NCBI GenBank assembly: GCA_032718475.1
Contig: JAUCBJ010007045.1
Coordinates: forward strand, 1-44,301
DNA from: Nemertoderma westbladi
Taxonomy: Eukaryota; Animalia; Xenacoelomorpha
Length of the DNA: 44,301 nucleotides
Direction of reading: 5' to 3'
Position numbers and translations under genes: made by a program. Below the pieces are notes generated by a model. The model made no database searches and was not told where the DNA came from. It saw only the letters and a program-made list of their open reading frames with translations. This document shows, piece after piece, positions 32,728 to 44,301 of this stretch. Each line of letters opens with the position of its first letter. Within the stretch, counting starts at the first letter, position 1.

Positions 32728-34660
32728 CAGTCGGGGTCTCAAAGTGCATCTGTTCTTTGAGATTTTCTCAAAGTTTTTCTAAAAGTGTCTAAAAGTCATT
32801 ACATTACTCCCAACGGCCGCTTTGAATTCTTGTAGACACTTTTAGTTGGGAATCTCAAAGTGATTTTCTGCTTTTAGGCACTTTTAATTCTTTGAATTCT
32901 TTGAGAAATGTCACTTTGAGTTAGTTTGCGGCACTTTGAATTCTTTGAGAAAATAAACTCCGAGGTATTCCTGATTGACAGCTCGTGGTAAGTTAACAGA
33001 TGCAGAGCCATTCTCGGGGAACAATATCATGCGGGCAACAAAGTGATACTTGTGTGCTGCCAGTTGTTGCCTAGAAGCTATTCCCATTAATTTATCATAT
33101 TGAGGTTCCTGAGGTCATTACGGGATGGGTTTTAGGTCGCAAGTACAAATTGAATTTACGGCGCCCTAAAGTCTTTCTAAAAAACATTCTTAAAAATCAA
33201 ATAATGCATGAAACATAATTAGTGAAACAAGATTAATGCTTGACAAGATTGATTATTTTAATAACATAATACAATATCAGATTAACAATTAATATAAGAA
33301 AAACTGCACTGTAGTTTCTCTGTGTATACGCAGTTTCATTATAATGACCTAAAGAAGCCCTGTTGGGAGAGAGCTTGTAATAACTTTTGTCATTCATTTC
33401 ATTAGTCACCTGAGTGAGGTCAAACCGTACTACCTTAACTGTTTAATTAATATGATAATTATGGTGACGAGAGCGCGAGAATTCCTTCTTAAAAACTAAG
33501 AAAGGCTTTCGACTTTCAATTAAGATAGAACGGCTACAATCTTGTGTTGTTTTAGCCTAATAGAGATATTAAAATATCCCCTGCCCCTGGCGTTTATATT
33601 TGAGCACATTTTAAATGTTTGCCTGATATTCAATTGATGTGTACCGCCTTCTGGCAAAGCGGCATCCAGTTTAAGCTATCAATCACAGCTAGCAAGTAGC
33701 GACCTACGGACGGTGACCTTCAAACAAACAGGTGCAGAGTCGGAAAGAACTGTCACAGGCTTTGCTTGGCTTGTGGTACCATTTGATTACATAATAGATT
33801 TTGGCAGACTGGGCGGTCGCTCTGACCATATGCATTGCGCACCAACAATGCCTAAAACATCTATGGGAACAGCCAATTAGTGCGCTTGAATCATTTATCT
33901 TTATTCCTGCCTCTATCGTTATTCTTTACTTTGTATAACACAATTTACAGTGCGGCAAAGTATGGCTGGTTGACCATTGAAATGCATTGGTAAAGGTATT
34001 CGGCGTTCACGTGGGCTAAACAAATTTAAACAGTACAGTTTTAGCACTATACATTAATATAGATAGGGCAACAGACAAACTATCTATGACACAAATACCA
34101 ACACATTCCGATAGCCCGCAATTATGGCGTCTCTAAAGAGTCAAAATATAAATTAATAAAATCCTCTATGAAACAATAAAAATACCTACAAAAAATACTG
34201 CTGTATTAAATATTAGTTACTGCAGTAACATATAACAATTACTGCAGTAACAAATATTTATTACTGCAATAATCAATATTAATAATTTAATAAATAATTG
34301 AATAAAAATTTATACTGCAGTAACAAATTATTTGTTACTGCAGAAAAAGACAATTTTTTATTACTGCAGTGATAATTAATTCTTACTTTCAGTAACAAAT
34401 ATTTATTACTGCAGTATTTTTTGGAGGCATCTTTATTGTTTCATAGAGGTTTTTATTACTTATATTTTACCCTTTAGTCAAAGTCAATATACACCATTCC
34501 ATAGCCAGCTTCAGGCTGGACTGTATGAAATGACTGACAGTACTACTTTGAAATCTTTGAGGACACTTTGTCATTTTCTTAGACCACTTTTAGAACTTTG
34601 AGACACTTTTAGTTCTTTGAGAAAATCTCAAAGAACAGATGCACTTTGAGACCCCGACTG
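32728..34660. mobile_element. Nested non-autonomous TIR element (Tc1/mariner-like CAGT ends, CTTTGAG subterminal repeats)
   Basis: 46-bp perfect TIR CAGTCGGGGTCTCAAAGTGCATCTGTTCTTTGAGATTTTCTCAAAG at 32728, inverted and ending at 34660. Confidence 0.85.
34133..34477. mobile_element. Nested MITE with ~90-bp imperfect TIRs and internal TTACTGCAGTAA palindromic repeats
   Basis: CTAAAG..CCTCTATGAAACAATAAA..AAAAAATACTGC is mirrored at the right end. Confidence 0.8.
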
Positions 34661-34844
34661 TAAGTCTACCTAGAGCGGCTAAATATCAAAGCTTAGAAGT
34701 GTCTGTCAATCAACCTCCCGGGATAGCTGATTGTAGTAAAGAAAGCCGCTCTTTATGGTGGTTGAGTTGTAGGCTAATGGCTAATTAGGCTAATGTTAAA
34801 AGTGCAAAGTACACACTACTGGCTTTAACTCAACATCTGGCCAC

Positions 34845-35090
34845 GGTGTGCGGACACGTCCCCCCCCCCCCCCCCCCCCCGGGCACCCCCCCCCCCAGAC
34901 ACTTCCCCCCCGCGGACACTTCCCCCCCGACTGTTCTTAACTTCGCACATTCGTATTTTTCATTTTGTAAGGTAAACGGACCGCTTGTATCCAGACAAGT
35001 TGTATCCAATGATCAGATCAGAAAATCAGATCAAAGATCAGAAAATGATCTTTTGCATCCTGATTTTACATTTTATATCCAAGTTTTATT

Positions 35091-35124
<34 letters not shown>

Positions 35125-35971
35125 TCCTATAAATTCCATCCCCCGAATGATATACTGTTTTTATTAACTATAGAATTATAATAATTAATTGTTTTAGTTA
35201 TAGGTATTATTATGTGATAGTCTTCTTCAAATTGTAGCAGATGGGGATGAATATTATTGTTGCAATCAAAATTATACCTCTCCAGGGTAAAATCGACATG
35301 CGTCGACCTGTATTCTGTGTTCAGCATTACATATTGATAAATTAATTAAATTTACTGGTTACTTGCAATATTTTTAATAGGATTTTGTTGAATTATATAA
35401 TATTGTACAGTAGTAATTTATATATTAATTTGGTTAACATTCAATACAGCTCCTACTTTAGGCTTAGTCAATTTATTATCTGATGATACAAACATGAATT
35501 AATTATTTCAAAATGGTCTAAGTCTTTCACCACGGGCACGGATTTGGGGGTGAGAGCCCCCAAGAAAAGAAGCGGGGGTTTGGGGGCGGCAGCCCCCAAC
35601 AAAGGAAGCGGGGGTTTGGGGCGGCAGCACCCAACCAAAGAAGCAGGGGTTTGGGGGCGGCAGCCCCCAACAAAAGAAGCAGGGGTTTGGGGGCGGCAGC
35701 CCCCAACAAAAGAAGCGGGGTTTGGGGCGGCAGCCCCCAATTAAAAGAAAAACAAACAAAATTTGACTATAAAAATGTTTCTTTTATAATTTTGAAAAAA
35801 CTTGTCTAAGATACAACTTGTCCTGTAACCATCTTTAACTTTTGTTTATTGCTTTGATGCACCCAGATTAATTTTAACACTTTAACTGGGGGGGGGGGCT
35901 GTCCGGGGGGGGAAGTGTCCGGGGGGGAACTGTCCGGGGGGGAACTGTCCGGGGGGAAGTGTCCTAGATCC
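34845..35971. mobile_element. Nested MULE-like non-autonomous element with C-rich/G-rich subterminal arrays and an 8-bp TSD
   Basis: GGACACTTCCCCCC repeats on the left and GGGGGGAAGTGTCC repeats on the right. CTGGCCAC flanks both sides (34837-34844, 35972-35979). Confidence 0.8.
35545..35740. repeat. ~34-bp minisatellite GGGGTTTGGGGGCGGCAGCCCCCAACAAAAGAAGC (about 6 units)
   Basis: Directly visible tandem units, each containing a TTGGGGGC/GCCCCCAA hairpin. Confidence 0.9.
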
Positions 35972-37888
35972 CTGGCCACATTAACTACCATGCGGTAAAG
36001 GTATCGCCGCTTGTGTAAAATAGGCCCGACAACCCGTTGAGTGCACCTCAACACTCAACGCAACTCAACGTAGTGGGCTGCTAGGGCGTAATCTTATTGT
36101 ATTCGGATGTCAAACTTTTAATAATTTTATTTAAATTATTGTGGTATAATAAATATAATTTATAATTAATATTAATATCAATATGCCAAGAGGTTAAGTT
36201 TGTTACAAACCACTAAACTCATAAGGGTCTGTTATTAATTCCTGTAGGATGTTATGTCATTTATTTGTCGTAGTGGTAGCGATACGGATTGTGACATGTT
36301 GTGGAATCTGCTTGGAGAGTGTAATGTGCTTTGTGAGTGTTATGTTTAAATACGGAACTTGTGTGTCTCAGTAAAATATAGCATTCAATATTACAGTTTA
36401 TCTTCAATATTACGGTTTATCTATGTCGGGAAGGGAGGGAGGGGGGGGGGGGGCAATGGTCCCTAGCCCTCCTTGGGGACTAATCAATGACTTACTGCTG
36501 TACTATTGGCCGAACGGATATTTAACTACACAATGAGATGCTAATAATTAATAGCCCATATTTATTTTTAAGACTATAATAATTGAACACCCAATTACAG
36601 TATCTATCTCTGTACTCCTCTTACAGCAAGCAGTGTTTTTATAGTAAGCAGAATGTCAATGTGTATAGGAAATGAACATTTCCCGTGGATAACATACATT
36701 TATTTAGTCGCCCAGTTTTAGCCCCTGTCTATATTAATTAAACTAATAAATGAAAATAAACTACAGTAATATTTATTCTATTAATAATTACACTTTTACT
36801 CTTTATTACTCAAAATATGTTCAATAGTAACAAATACAGTGTGTGATCCTACATTTATTTGTAAGTTCAATACGATTTTAAATTATTCCAGAGCCCACCA
36901 GCCCACGGACGTTAACTAATGTCCGGATGTGTGTGGATTTCATCTATTAGAGTTTATATTTTAAATATTATTTACGTCAGAGTCTGGCAATACAAGGTAC
37001 AGTAGGAGTGTAATCTTCCATCGACAACCATACCTCAATGTAATGAAATGAACACTACGCAAACTTTATGCTGAGTATAGTCCATTCTATACAACTTAAT
37101 TATTGACAGGATAGAGAAGCAAGTGGACCAGCACAAGCTAGTCTGAGTCAGTCCACCTTCCAGACATCAAAGTAAGCGCCGATTTCCAAGTAAATTCCTA
37201 ATGAAATCCAAGTCAAATCCTAAGTGCCTCCAAGTCTGGAATTTGGGATAAATTTCATTTCCAATTAAATCCTAACTCCAATAGTAGTGAATCAGTGACT
37301 TGGATCCTAATAGGATCCTATTAGGATCCAATACGACGTTATTTGAAAGCGGTACTGTTGTTATTATAATTAACGTTATAAAGCGATATAATATTAACAA
37401 ATATTGAAATATTGATGCTAACGCTCAGCTCACAGACTTCGTGGCTCACACCATATCATTGAACTACTTGGACAATTTCAGTTGGTCACAGTAAGTATGG
37501 GATAATAATAACAATCATCCATAAAAAAAACCTTCTGAAAAATTATTGGAAAATTACTATAAATGTGCAAATCAATCTGATTGGTCAATTCATTGCCTGT
37601 TCTCTCTCAACCCAGTCCATCTCTTTTTCAAATTTGAAAAAGGTACAACAAAGCTGAAAAATGTGGATATGGTGTGTGTCTCAACTCGCCCGTGATTGGT
37701 CTGTCCATTGTCCATGTTTTCTGTGACCAGTCCACTCGATGGGACTGGGTTGTTCGTTCAGTGTACCTCAGTACACAGCAGAAGCCTGCAGCCAGTACCG
37801 TACGTGGTATTATTATTATTATTATTATAATTACAGAATTAAGACACAAGGCCTTCCCTAATAATTGCTGTTGGTTATCCTGTTATCT

Positions 37889-38514
37889 GTGGGGCGAGAC
37901 ACGTAGTCGGCGAGCCTTGGCATACGGTTCATATAGGGCAAATGGGGCATGTCCGTCTGTCTGTCTGTCCGTCCGTCTGTCTGTCCGTCTGTCTGTCTGG
38001 TAAATGTTTGAACGCGAATTTCTCGGCATCGCTGGTTCGGAATTGAACCAAACTTAGTAGGTAAGTAGTAGAGAGAAAGTTTAGAAAGTTTGTAAAGTTT
38101 GGTGAAAAATCATGCAGTCTGACGTCAGCTACGACAGATTATGTGGTTTTTAGAAAATGTTAAATTTCTCGGGAAGGCCTCATTTTCCTGAGCTGAAATT
38201 TTGGTGGCCTGTAGAGAATCATGAAGTCTATCTTTTACGAAATTGAAAAGTTAAGACATTTAATTGGGGATCCGCTAGAGACTCAGAAGTAATGACATAG
38301 GCCTACCGGTACGGTACTGCTGTACAGTGCTGCACTGGTAAGTACGAAATTGCAGAATAACAATTTGACACCACCTAGCGGATTAACATATGATTGTATA
38401 TCGAATGAATACATTTATAGCATGGGATATGGGGTCCAAACTAGACATGCTCCATTTGCTCTATATGAACCGTATGCCAAGGCTTGCCGACTACGTGCTG
38501 CGCGAAGTCCCCAC
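37889..38514. mobile_element. Non-autonomous element with ~55-65-bp inverted ends and an internal (GTCY)n microsatellite (Helentron/HINE-like or unclassified)
   Basis: 37900-37953 is inverted at 38444-38497, with a CTGT/CCGT run at 37951-37998. Confidence 0.75.
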
Positions 38515-38641
38515 GAACGTGTTCCTTGATTTACTGTAAACTGTACAGTTGTAGGCCTATATTACAGTATTAGTTTTTAGTATTCTGGTTTTCTTTTCAG
38601 TTATTCCCTTTTCTGCTTTTCCTACTGCGCTACCGGTAACG

Positions 38642-39583
38642 ATGGCATACCAATCGGAAACTAAAGACGGAACACCCGTGTTCCACTTCCGGAAACCGAC
38701 TAAAAATATTAAACTTCCATCCGATATGACGTCATGGCAACGCAGCCAAGCCTACAAGGATTACTTCTCGTTCGTTCGGCACCTCAACGAATCAGTCAAG
38801 GGTAAAACGACATCGGACCGGTACCCGGTGTCTCCCGCTGTAGAAACAGCAACGGAAATAATCGCGGAACTTTCTAAATGGGTCGAGGAAATCCCCCCAG
38901 TGGACCAACCCCAAAGATTCGGTAACAAGGCATTCCGCGAGTGGTACTCCCGATTGGAGAACAACGCGGAACGCCTCATAACCAAACTAGTAAATATCGA
39001 GAACGCCTCAACCGAACTGAAACCCTATCTAGTAGAAAGTTTTGGTAACCCAATCCGTATTGATTACGGGTCGGGGCACGAAATATCGTTCGCTGCATTT
39101 CTGTGTTGTCTTTGTAAAGTAGAGACTTTTAAAGAGGAAGATTCCGTAGCTATAGTCTTTAAAGTTTTCGTACAATACTTAGAGTTGTGTAGGAAACTGC
39201 AGACAGTGTACCGTATGGAGCCAGCAGGTAGTCACGGCGTCTGGGGTCTAGACGACTTCCAATTTCTCCCGTACATATGGGGGTCCGCCCAGCTGCTAGA
39301 CCACCCCACCATTGAGCCGTCCCACTTCCCGGACCGTTTATCCGCCGATCGGAACGCCTCCGATTACCTGTTCTTCCGTTGCATCCAGTACATTCACGAG
39401 ACCAAGACGGGTCCCTTCTCCGAACATTCCAACCAGTTGTGGAACATCAGCGGTCTCAAGCATTGGTCTAAGGTCAACTCCGGTCTCATCAAGATGTACG
39501 AGAAGGAAGTTCTCGGTGAGTTCCCTATAGTCCAACACTTCCCCTGCGGTTCGCTTTTGTCCTTCGAATGCGTCGCTCCCTAA
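38642..39583 (+). CDS. PTPA: Serine/threonine-protein phosphatase 2A activator (PTPA/PPP2R4), intronless, 313 aa
   Basis: Conserved motifs PQRFGNKAFREW, SFGNPIRIDYGSGHE, YRMEPAGSHGVWGLDDFQFLPYIWGSAQL, KTGPFSEHSNQLWNIS and WSKVNSGLIKMY. Confidence 0.97.
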   Translation: MAYQSETKDGTPVFHFRKPTKNIKLPSDMTSWQRSQAYKDYFSFVRHLNESVKGKTTSDRYPVSPAVETATEIIAELSKWVEEIPPVDQPQRFGNKAFREWYSRLENNAERLITKLVNIENASTELKPYLVESFGNPIRIDYGSGHEISFAAFLCCLCKVETFKEEDSVAIVFKVFVQYLELCRKLQTVYRMEPAGSHGVWGLDDFQFLPYIWGSAQLLDHPTIEPSHFPDRLSADRNASDYLFFRCIQYIHETKTGPFSEHSNQLWNISGLKHWSKVNSGLIKMYEKEVLGEFPIVQHFPCGSLLSFECVAP

Positions 39584-40190
39584 CCCGAATTCTCTACCAG
39601 GAAATATCTCCGATGACGTAAATTACTAAATCCGAAACAAACAAGCCACTTTTAATTTAATTTTTAATACGAAATTAAGATAATTATTGGCTTTTGATTT
39701 GCAATTAAATTGATTTTCTACAGTATTCCTAACTGTCGTTTAGTGTTTTGGTTCCCCCTACAGGTCTGGTCTTTATAACGGTTTCCTTTACTAACCTAAA
39801 AGCCAATTGAATTAAAAATGTAATAAAAGTGGCATTAAACTTACGATTACCCCTGATGGTCATTCAATGTGAGAATAATTTATGATGAATTTATATCTTC
39901 ATATAATTTTCATCGAAGTCGGAAACTTTCCCATCGAGTTTTAGTTAATATTCCCTTCATTTCGAATAAAGTTTATTTTTTTATGAATTACAAAAGCTAA
40001 ATAATATCACCTGGAAGAGAGTAAATGTTATTGGTTGATATTATGAGAGAACAGCTTTTCGAGGGGTGAGTACAAAGCAAAGACTAAAGAACTGTACAAA
40101 ACACATGTGTTAACTTTTGTTTATTGTTTTGGTTCCCCCAACATGCGTCTGTAACCTGCTCCTTTACTAACCTGATCCTTTAAATGGCAA

Positions 40191-40365
40191 TGGGACCTAA
40201 CGCTTTTTGGGACCTAACGCTCTTTGGTACCTAACGCTTTTTGGTATCTAACGCTCTTTGGGACCTAACGCTCTTTGGGACCTAACGCTTTTTGGGACCT
40301 AATGCTCTTTGGTACCTAATGCTCTTTGGTACCTAACGCTTTTCGGGACCTAACGCGACTTTACC
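40191..40365. repeat. 17-18-bp tandem array GGGACCTAACGCT(C)TTT (about 10 units), probably a DNA-transposon subterminal array
   Basis: Visible tandem units ending CCTAACGCGACTTTACC. Confidence 0.8.
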
Positions 40366-41274
40366 TCTTTGTTTTGTACTCACCCCTTTTCAAATTATAT
40401 ATGCGCTTTTATTGTAACTTTGCATGTAAAATAAAGTAGCGCTTTTGTTGTAACTTTGCATGTAATATAATACTCTTAACGTGACATTTATTATGCAGTA
40501 TAAGTTTCTTCTGTGCAACTATTTTATTATAACTCAGATGTATTTCGCTAGCAGATTTTTCGACGCTATAAAGAAAGAATAAAGAAAAAAACCTCTTCAT
40601 GAGAAAATTGACGCAAATAAAAGCGGGTTAATCCCAAAAATAAAACTAGCATGTTCTATTGACTTTAGCTTATTGTTTTGGTTAGAATACCATGCCACTG
40701 TAACCTGCTCCTTTCCCTAAATTGATAATTTAACATTGGGGCGGGATATTAATTCGCCAAGGCGGGTTTTGCGTCCAGTTCCCCACCCCCTCGACGAATG
40801 GTGTAACGTTTCGATCTTATCAAGCCATATTGTTACTTTAATTATTTCAGTAGATCTTATTCATTATTCACTAAACCTACTCTGTTAGGGCCTATTAAGT
40901 CGAAGTTTTATGTCCAATATCAGGGCTGTAGTAGTAGTTAAGTGAAGTGGAGTTATTATTTAGGGTGGGATTACTTTGGAGTTTGGGATGTGTGATGGTA
41001 TTATGTGATATGATACTTCTCCTTTCTGACTTCACTGTCTCGTTCCTGTCGGATAGGAGTGGATCAAGACACACGAACCATTCGCGTCGTTCCCGCCCCA
41101 CAGATTGTAAATAAAGTTGAGTTCGATTGGCAAGGACATATCAGTTATTTCAATCATATACACAAGTATTTTCTAGAGCACAATAGAAGGGTGACACGAT
41201 AGGTGAAGTTTTGTGGGTTTCATAATGATGACAGTTTTTACAAGTACACGGGTTACACTTTACAGTTAAACAAG

Positions 41275-41425
41275 CAACATGACGACAATGACGGTGATGA
41301 CGACGTCAACAACCACGCAGGGCAATGGCGACGGAGACGTTGACGTTCACGTTGCTGATGACAATAACATTGACGATGATGTTTACGTTGACGATAAAGT
41401 TGACGCTTGACGTTGACACTTGACG
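41275..41425. repeat. Low-complexity TGACG/GTTGAC repeat
   Basis: Degenerate hexamer repeats. Confidence 0.6.
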
Positions 41426-42829
41426 GTAGGAAACAATGTGTCTCTTCCATTAGCTACAGTATTTTATGGCACCTACTGTAGAACCAACAGACACGCCCAG
41501 TGAAGTGAAGTCAACATCCTTTTGGACATGAACATTTATGTTTTTAGGAAAACTGATGGAAACTTCCCTTCACCAATAGGGCGAGCTTCCCACCTATCGT
41601 GTCACAATATGGGTGCGGCACCCCAGCTTATTGGTCTGCCTGTACATATCTATAGCATTGAATTAAACAGTTCATCTACCTTTTATATCAATAAAACATG
41701 CTGATTTTGAACGATAATGTAGTAAGTTGCATATAGTCTGTATTAAATTTGATTGATGGTTAAACTGGGATTGCTTGATTTTGTTTTGCTAGAATGCTCT
41801 GGAAAATACCACTCAAATTCCTTTAACTCTCCCAATAATCTCTATACTCCCGCAACACTCCCCCCGTGTGGATATGAAATATCCACACCACTAACATAAA
41901 CTTTTACACTTCTCCTTTCTACACGATCAACTTACGTTTAAGTTTGACGCAATGTCGCCGAATGACACTGCTAGAATTAATCTGAGGGGCTAACTACAGT
42001 CGCTACGCCCTCAGACATCTGATGTGCTTAATAGTACCATCAGGTTTCGTTGACGCCATCGGTGCCCACCCTTTTTCAGATCGTCACACCGACTTAATGC
42101 ACCTCTCACGCAACGCTTTGCTTGGCCACGGGCATTTCCTCATGCCCTCCTACTCACGCACTCAAACATAACCCTAAATCCTGTGTTCCATGTGGTGATG
42201 TATCCAGGTGGAGAGCGCAAATGGAGCATTTGCGCCGTGCGAGCGCATGGCCGACGGCGTTGGCCATGTGGTATTGTTCTAGAATATTACAGTATTATTA
42301 ATCCCATGCAAAGGTAAAAGTTAAAGCCCATGTTGCTGATGGAAAATAACAAATGCCTACCTTGATTTTGTTAAGGTCAGTTTTGTTTATACTTTAAGGC
42401 TTACATATATAAGTATACATGGGCATAATATTCCAAATACTTTTGTTGCGCCTGTCGATTCGTATAAATCGACAGGCGCATAGACCCCCCCAATTTATAT
42501 TACTTGTGTATTATTATTTGTGGAAGTAACACATAACCCTAAGCTGGTGGAAGTGGAGGTCTTTTGGAACACTCCAGAGATACCAGAGAACATTATATAA
42601 ATTATAATTCTTTGCACTAAAGTGAATTCTTCTTGAAATTATGTGCAAAATTTCAACCATGCATACGAATCAGTAGTCATCAATAATAATATATATAGTA
42701 TTCCACAACAATTAGTTATTGTAAATATATTTTAAATGAAACATTTTTTGGTGGGGGTGGGGGGGGGGGGGGGGTTGGTATTTTGGGGTGGAAGGGTCGG
42801 GGTAACCATATACTATAGCTGGGGTTGGG

Positions 42830-43277
42830 TAACTGGGGTCTGAAATTGGTAACCGGAAATTGAATTGGTAACTAGAGATTGGAAACTGAAATTAGTAACC
42901 GGGGACTAAAATTGGTAACTGGCGACTGAAATTGGTAACCAGTGACTGAAATTTGTAACCGGTGACTGAAATTGGTAACCTGGGACTGAAATTGGTAACC
43001 GGCGACTGAAATTGGTAACCAGTGACTGAAATTTGTAACCAGTGACTGAAATTGGTAACCTGGGACTGAAATTGGAAATCAGAAACTGAAATCGGTAACC
43101 GGGGACTGAAATTTGAAACCAGAAACTGAATTGGAAACCAGTGACTGAAATTGGTAACCAGTCACTTGAATTGGTAATCACGGATTGAATTGGTAACCGG
43201 GGACTGAAATTGGTAACCAGTCACTTGAATTGGTAATCGGGGACTGAAATTGGTAACCCGCGTCTGAAATTGGTAAC
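42830..43277. repeat. ~20-bp minisatellite GACTGAAATTGGTAACC(AGT/GGG), roughly 22 units
   Basis: Head-to-tail units without unique spacers. Confidence 0.92.
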
Positions 43278-43301
43278 ATAACACATCACACAAAATGGTA
43301 T

Positions 43302-43903
43302 TACTACTACTAGGATCGGCATGCTGCATTGCAGCTGCATTTTTAAGAATGCCGTGCCGGCTTATCGACAAAATTGCACCGCCACAACTCCCTATCACCC
43401 ATGACATTTGAAAGATCATCCGCATCTTCAAGGCCAGTGTCCTTTAAGATGCGTCTCAAGAAAGTCATGGGCTGTCCACCATGCTTATTCACTCCATGAG
43501 GCTGCCAAAGTACAAGATTATGCACTGGCTGGTCCTCATGGCGAAAGCAATGTCCTGCAAAGCGGAGGCGATTTTGTTCTAGTGTCAAGCTTGGGGGAAC
43601 CAATAAGACACCTCCAATGTTATATAGTGTCTGGTTGGAGATGTGTGCATTGAACTTGACACAATGAACCCGGCGTAGCATTCTTGTGAATGTGCCATCC
43701 AGAGATTTGGTGTCCTCAGCAGTTAGAGCCCAGCATGGACTCCCATAGAGGAGTACTGGAACTACTGCTGCTCTAAATAACCGGACCTTAAGTTTCCGCT
43801 TAATTCTCGGTGACTTCCAAATCCTGGAAAGCCTATTCAAGGCTGCCCATGCCTTTCCCTTACGTATTCGAAGGTCCTCACCTGACTTCCGGATCCATGA
43901 TCC
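43302..43903 (-). mobile_element. 5'-truncated RTE-clade LINE, same family as 17720-18652
   Basis: ORF 43918-43343 contains RIRKGKAWAALNRL, VLLYGS, RLRFAGHCFR and LVLWQPHG. The 3' UTR is shared and the (TAG)n tail lies at ~43302-43313. Confidence 0.92.
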
Positions 43904-44301
43904 GGATTGTATATACAAGCAACTTATTTAAAACCATTTTCAATCAATTCAACACCTTAGAAAACCTTATGATATAAAAAAAATTCATTCGATTTTTTTG
44001 AGGTAATAGAGATGGTTCTGAATTAACAAGGGTGGACCCTGAGCTAACAAGGGTGGCCCTGAATTAACGTGTGAGGACCCTGAGTTAATACGAGTGTTCC
44101 CTGGATTAATAAAAAATAATTAACACCAAAATTAATAACAAAATAAAACACCAAAAATACAATACCAGCAAATACAGAATACTCAAATTAACAAAAAAAA
44201 CAAAAAAGTATTATTTAATAAAAAATTTAATATTGAACTTTTAAAGCTCTACTTAATTACAAAGAAAACCCCATGAAGATGTATTCCAATTACAATTGTT
44301 C

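Larger units (their letters stand above)
32621..37357. mobile_element. Non-autonomous TIR element (CAGT termini) expanded by nested insertions
   Basis: Left end CAGTAACGCTTTCAAATAGCGTCCTATTGGATCCTAATAGGATCCT is inverted at 37312-37357. Confidence 0.72.

Noticed and set aside
35468-35759. Several overlapping repetitive ORFs
   Set aside because: They are translations of the 34-bp minisatellite.
38642-39583. Non-standard host genetic code (TAR=Gln), suggested by the 29-30 kb region
   Set aside because: DNAJC8, PTPA and the long Gag-Pol frames show no internal TAA/TAG, and PTPA ends at TAA at the expected position.
40191-40365. Telomere-like CCTAAC repeats
   Set aside because: The unit is 17-18 bp, not a TTAGGG/TTAGG array, and it resembles transposon subterminal repeats.
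42830-43277. CRISPR-like regular array
   Set aside because: Head-to-tail ~20-bp units with no unique spacers, no cas genes and a eukaryotic context make this a minisatellite.

Overview
Eukaryotic, AT-rich, transposon-dense window, most likely from an invertebrate animal (inferred from the TE families and the metazoan-like proteins; the species cannot be determined). It carries only two host genes, both intronless: DNAJC8 (16844-17560) and PTPA/PPP2R4 (38642-39583). Two related Bel/Pao LTR retrotransposons point away from each other. Element A (<1-10386, minus strand) has a 2311-codon gag-pol frame in which I found one TGA. Element B (20283-32102, plus strand) is complete, with 1246-bp LTRs differing at one visible base and a GGCGG target-site duplication, but it lacks RT, RNase H and integrase. 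The rest is RTE and CR1/L2-type LINE fragments, nested MITE/foldback DNA elements and minisatellites. The main finding is that neither Bel/Pao copy has a tRNA-type (TGG...) primer-binding site. The 12 nt directly after the 5' LTR (TTAAAGGATATA) are instead the exact reverse complement of a 12-mer inside the element's own LTR, just after a TATA-like box. This 12-mer is conserved in both copies although the distal U3 and the sequence just downstream diverge. The geometry matches Tf1/sushi-type self-primed reverse transcription, which I know only from Gypsy-group chromoviruses, not from Bel/Pao.
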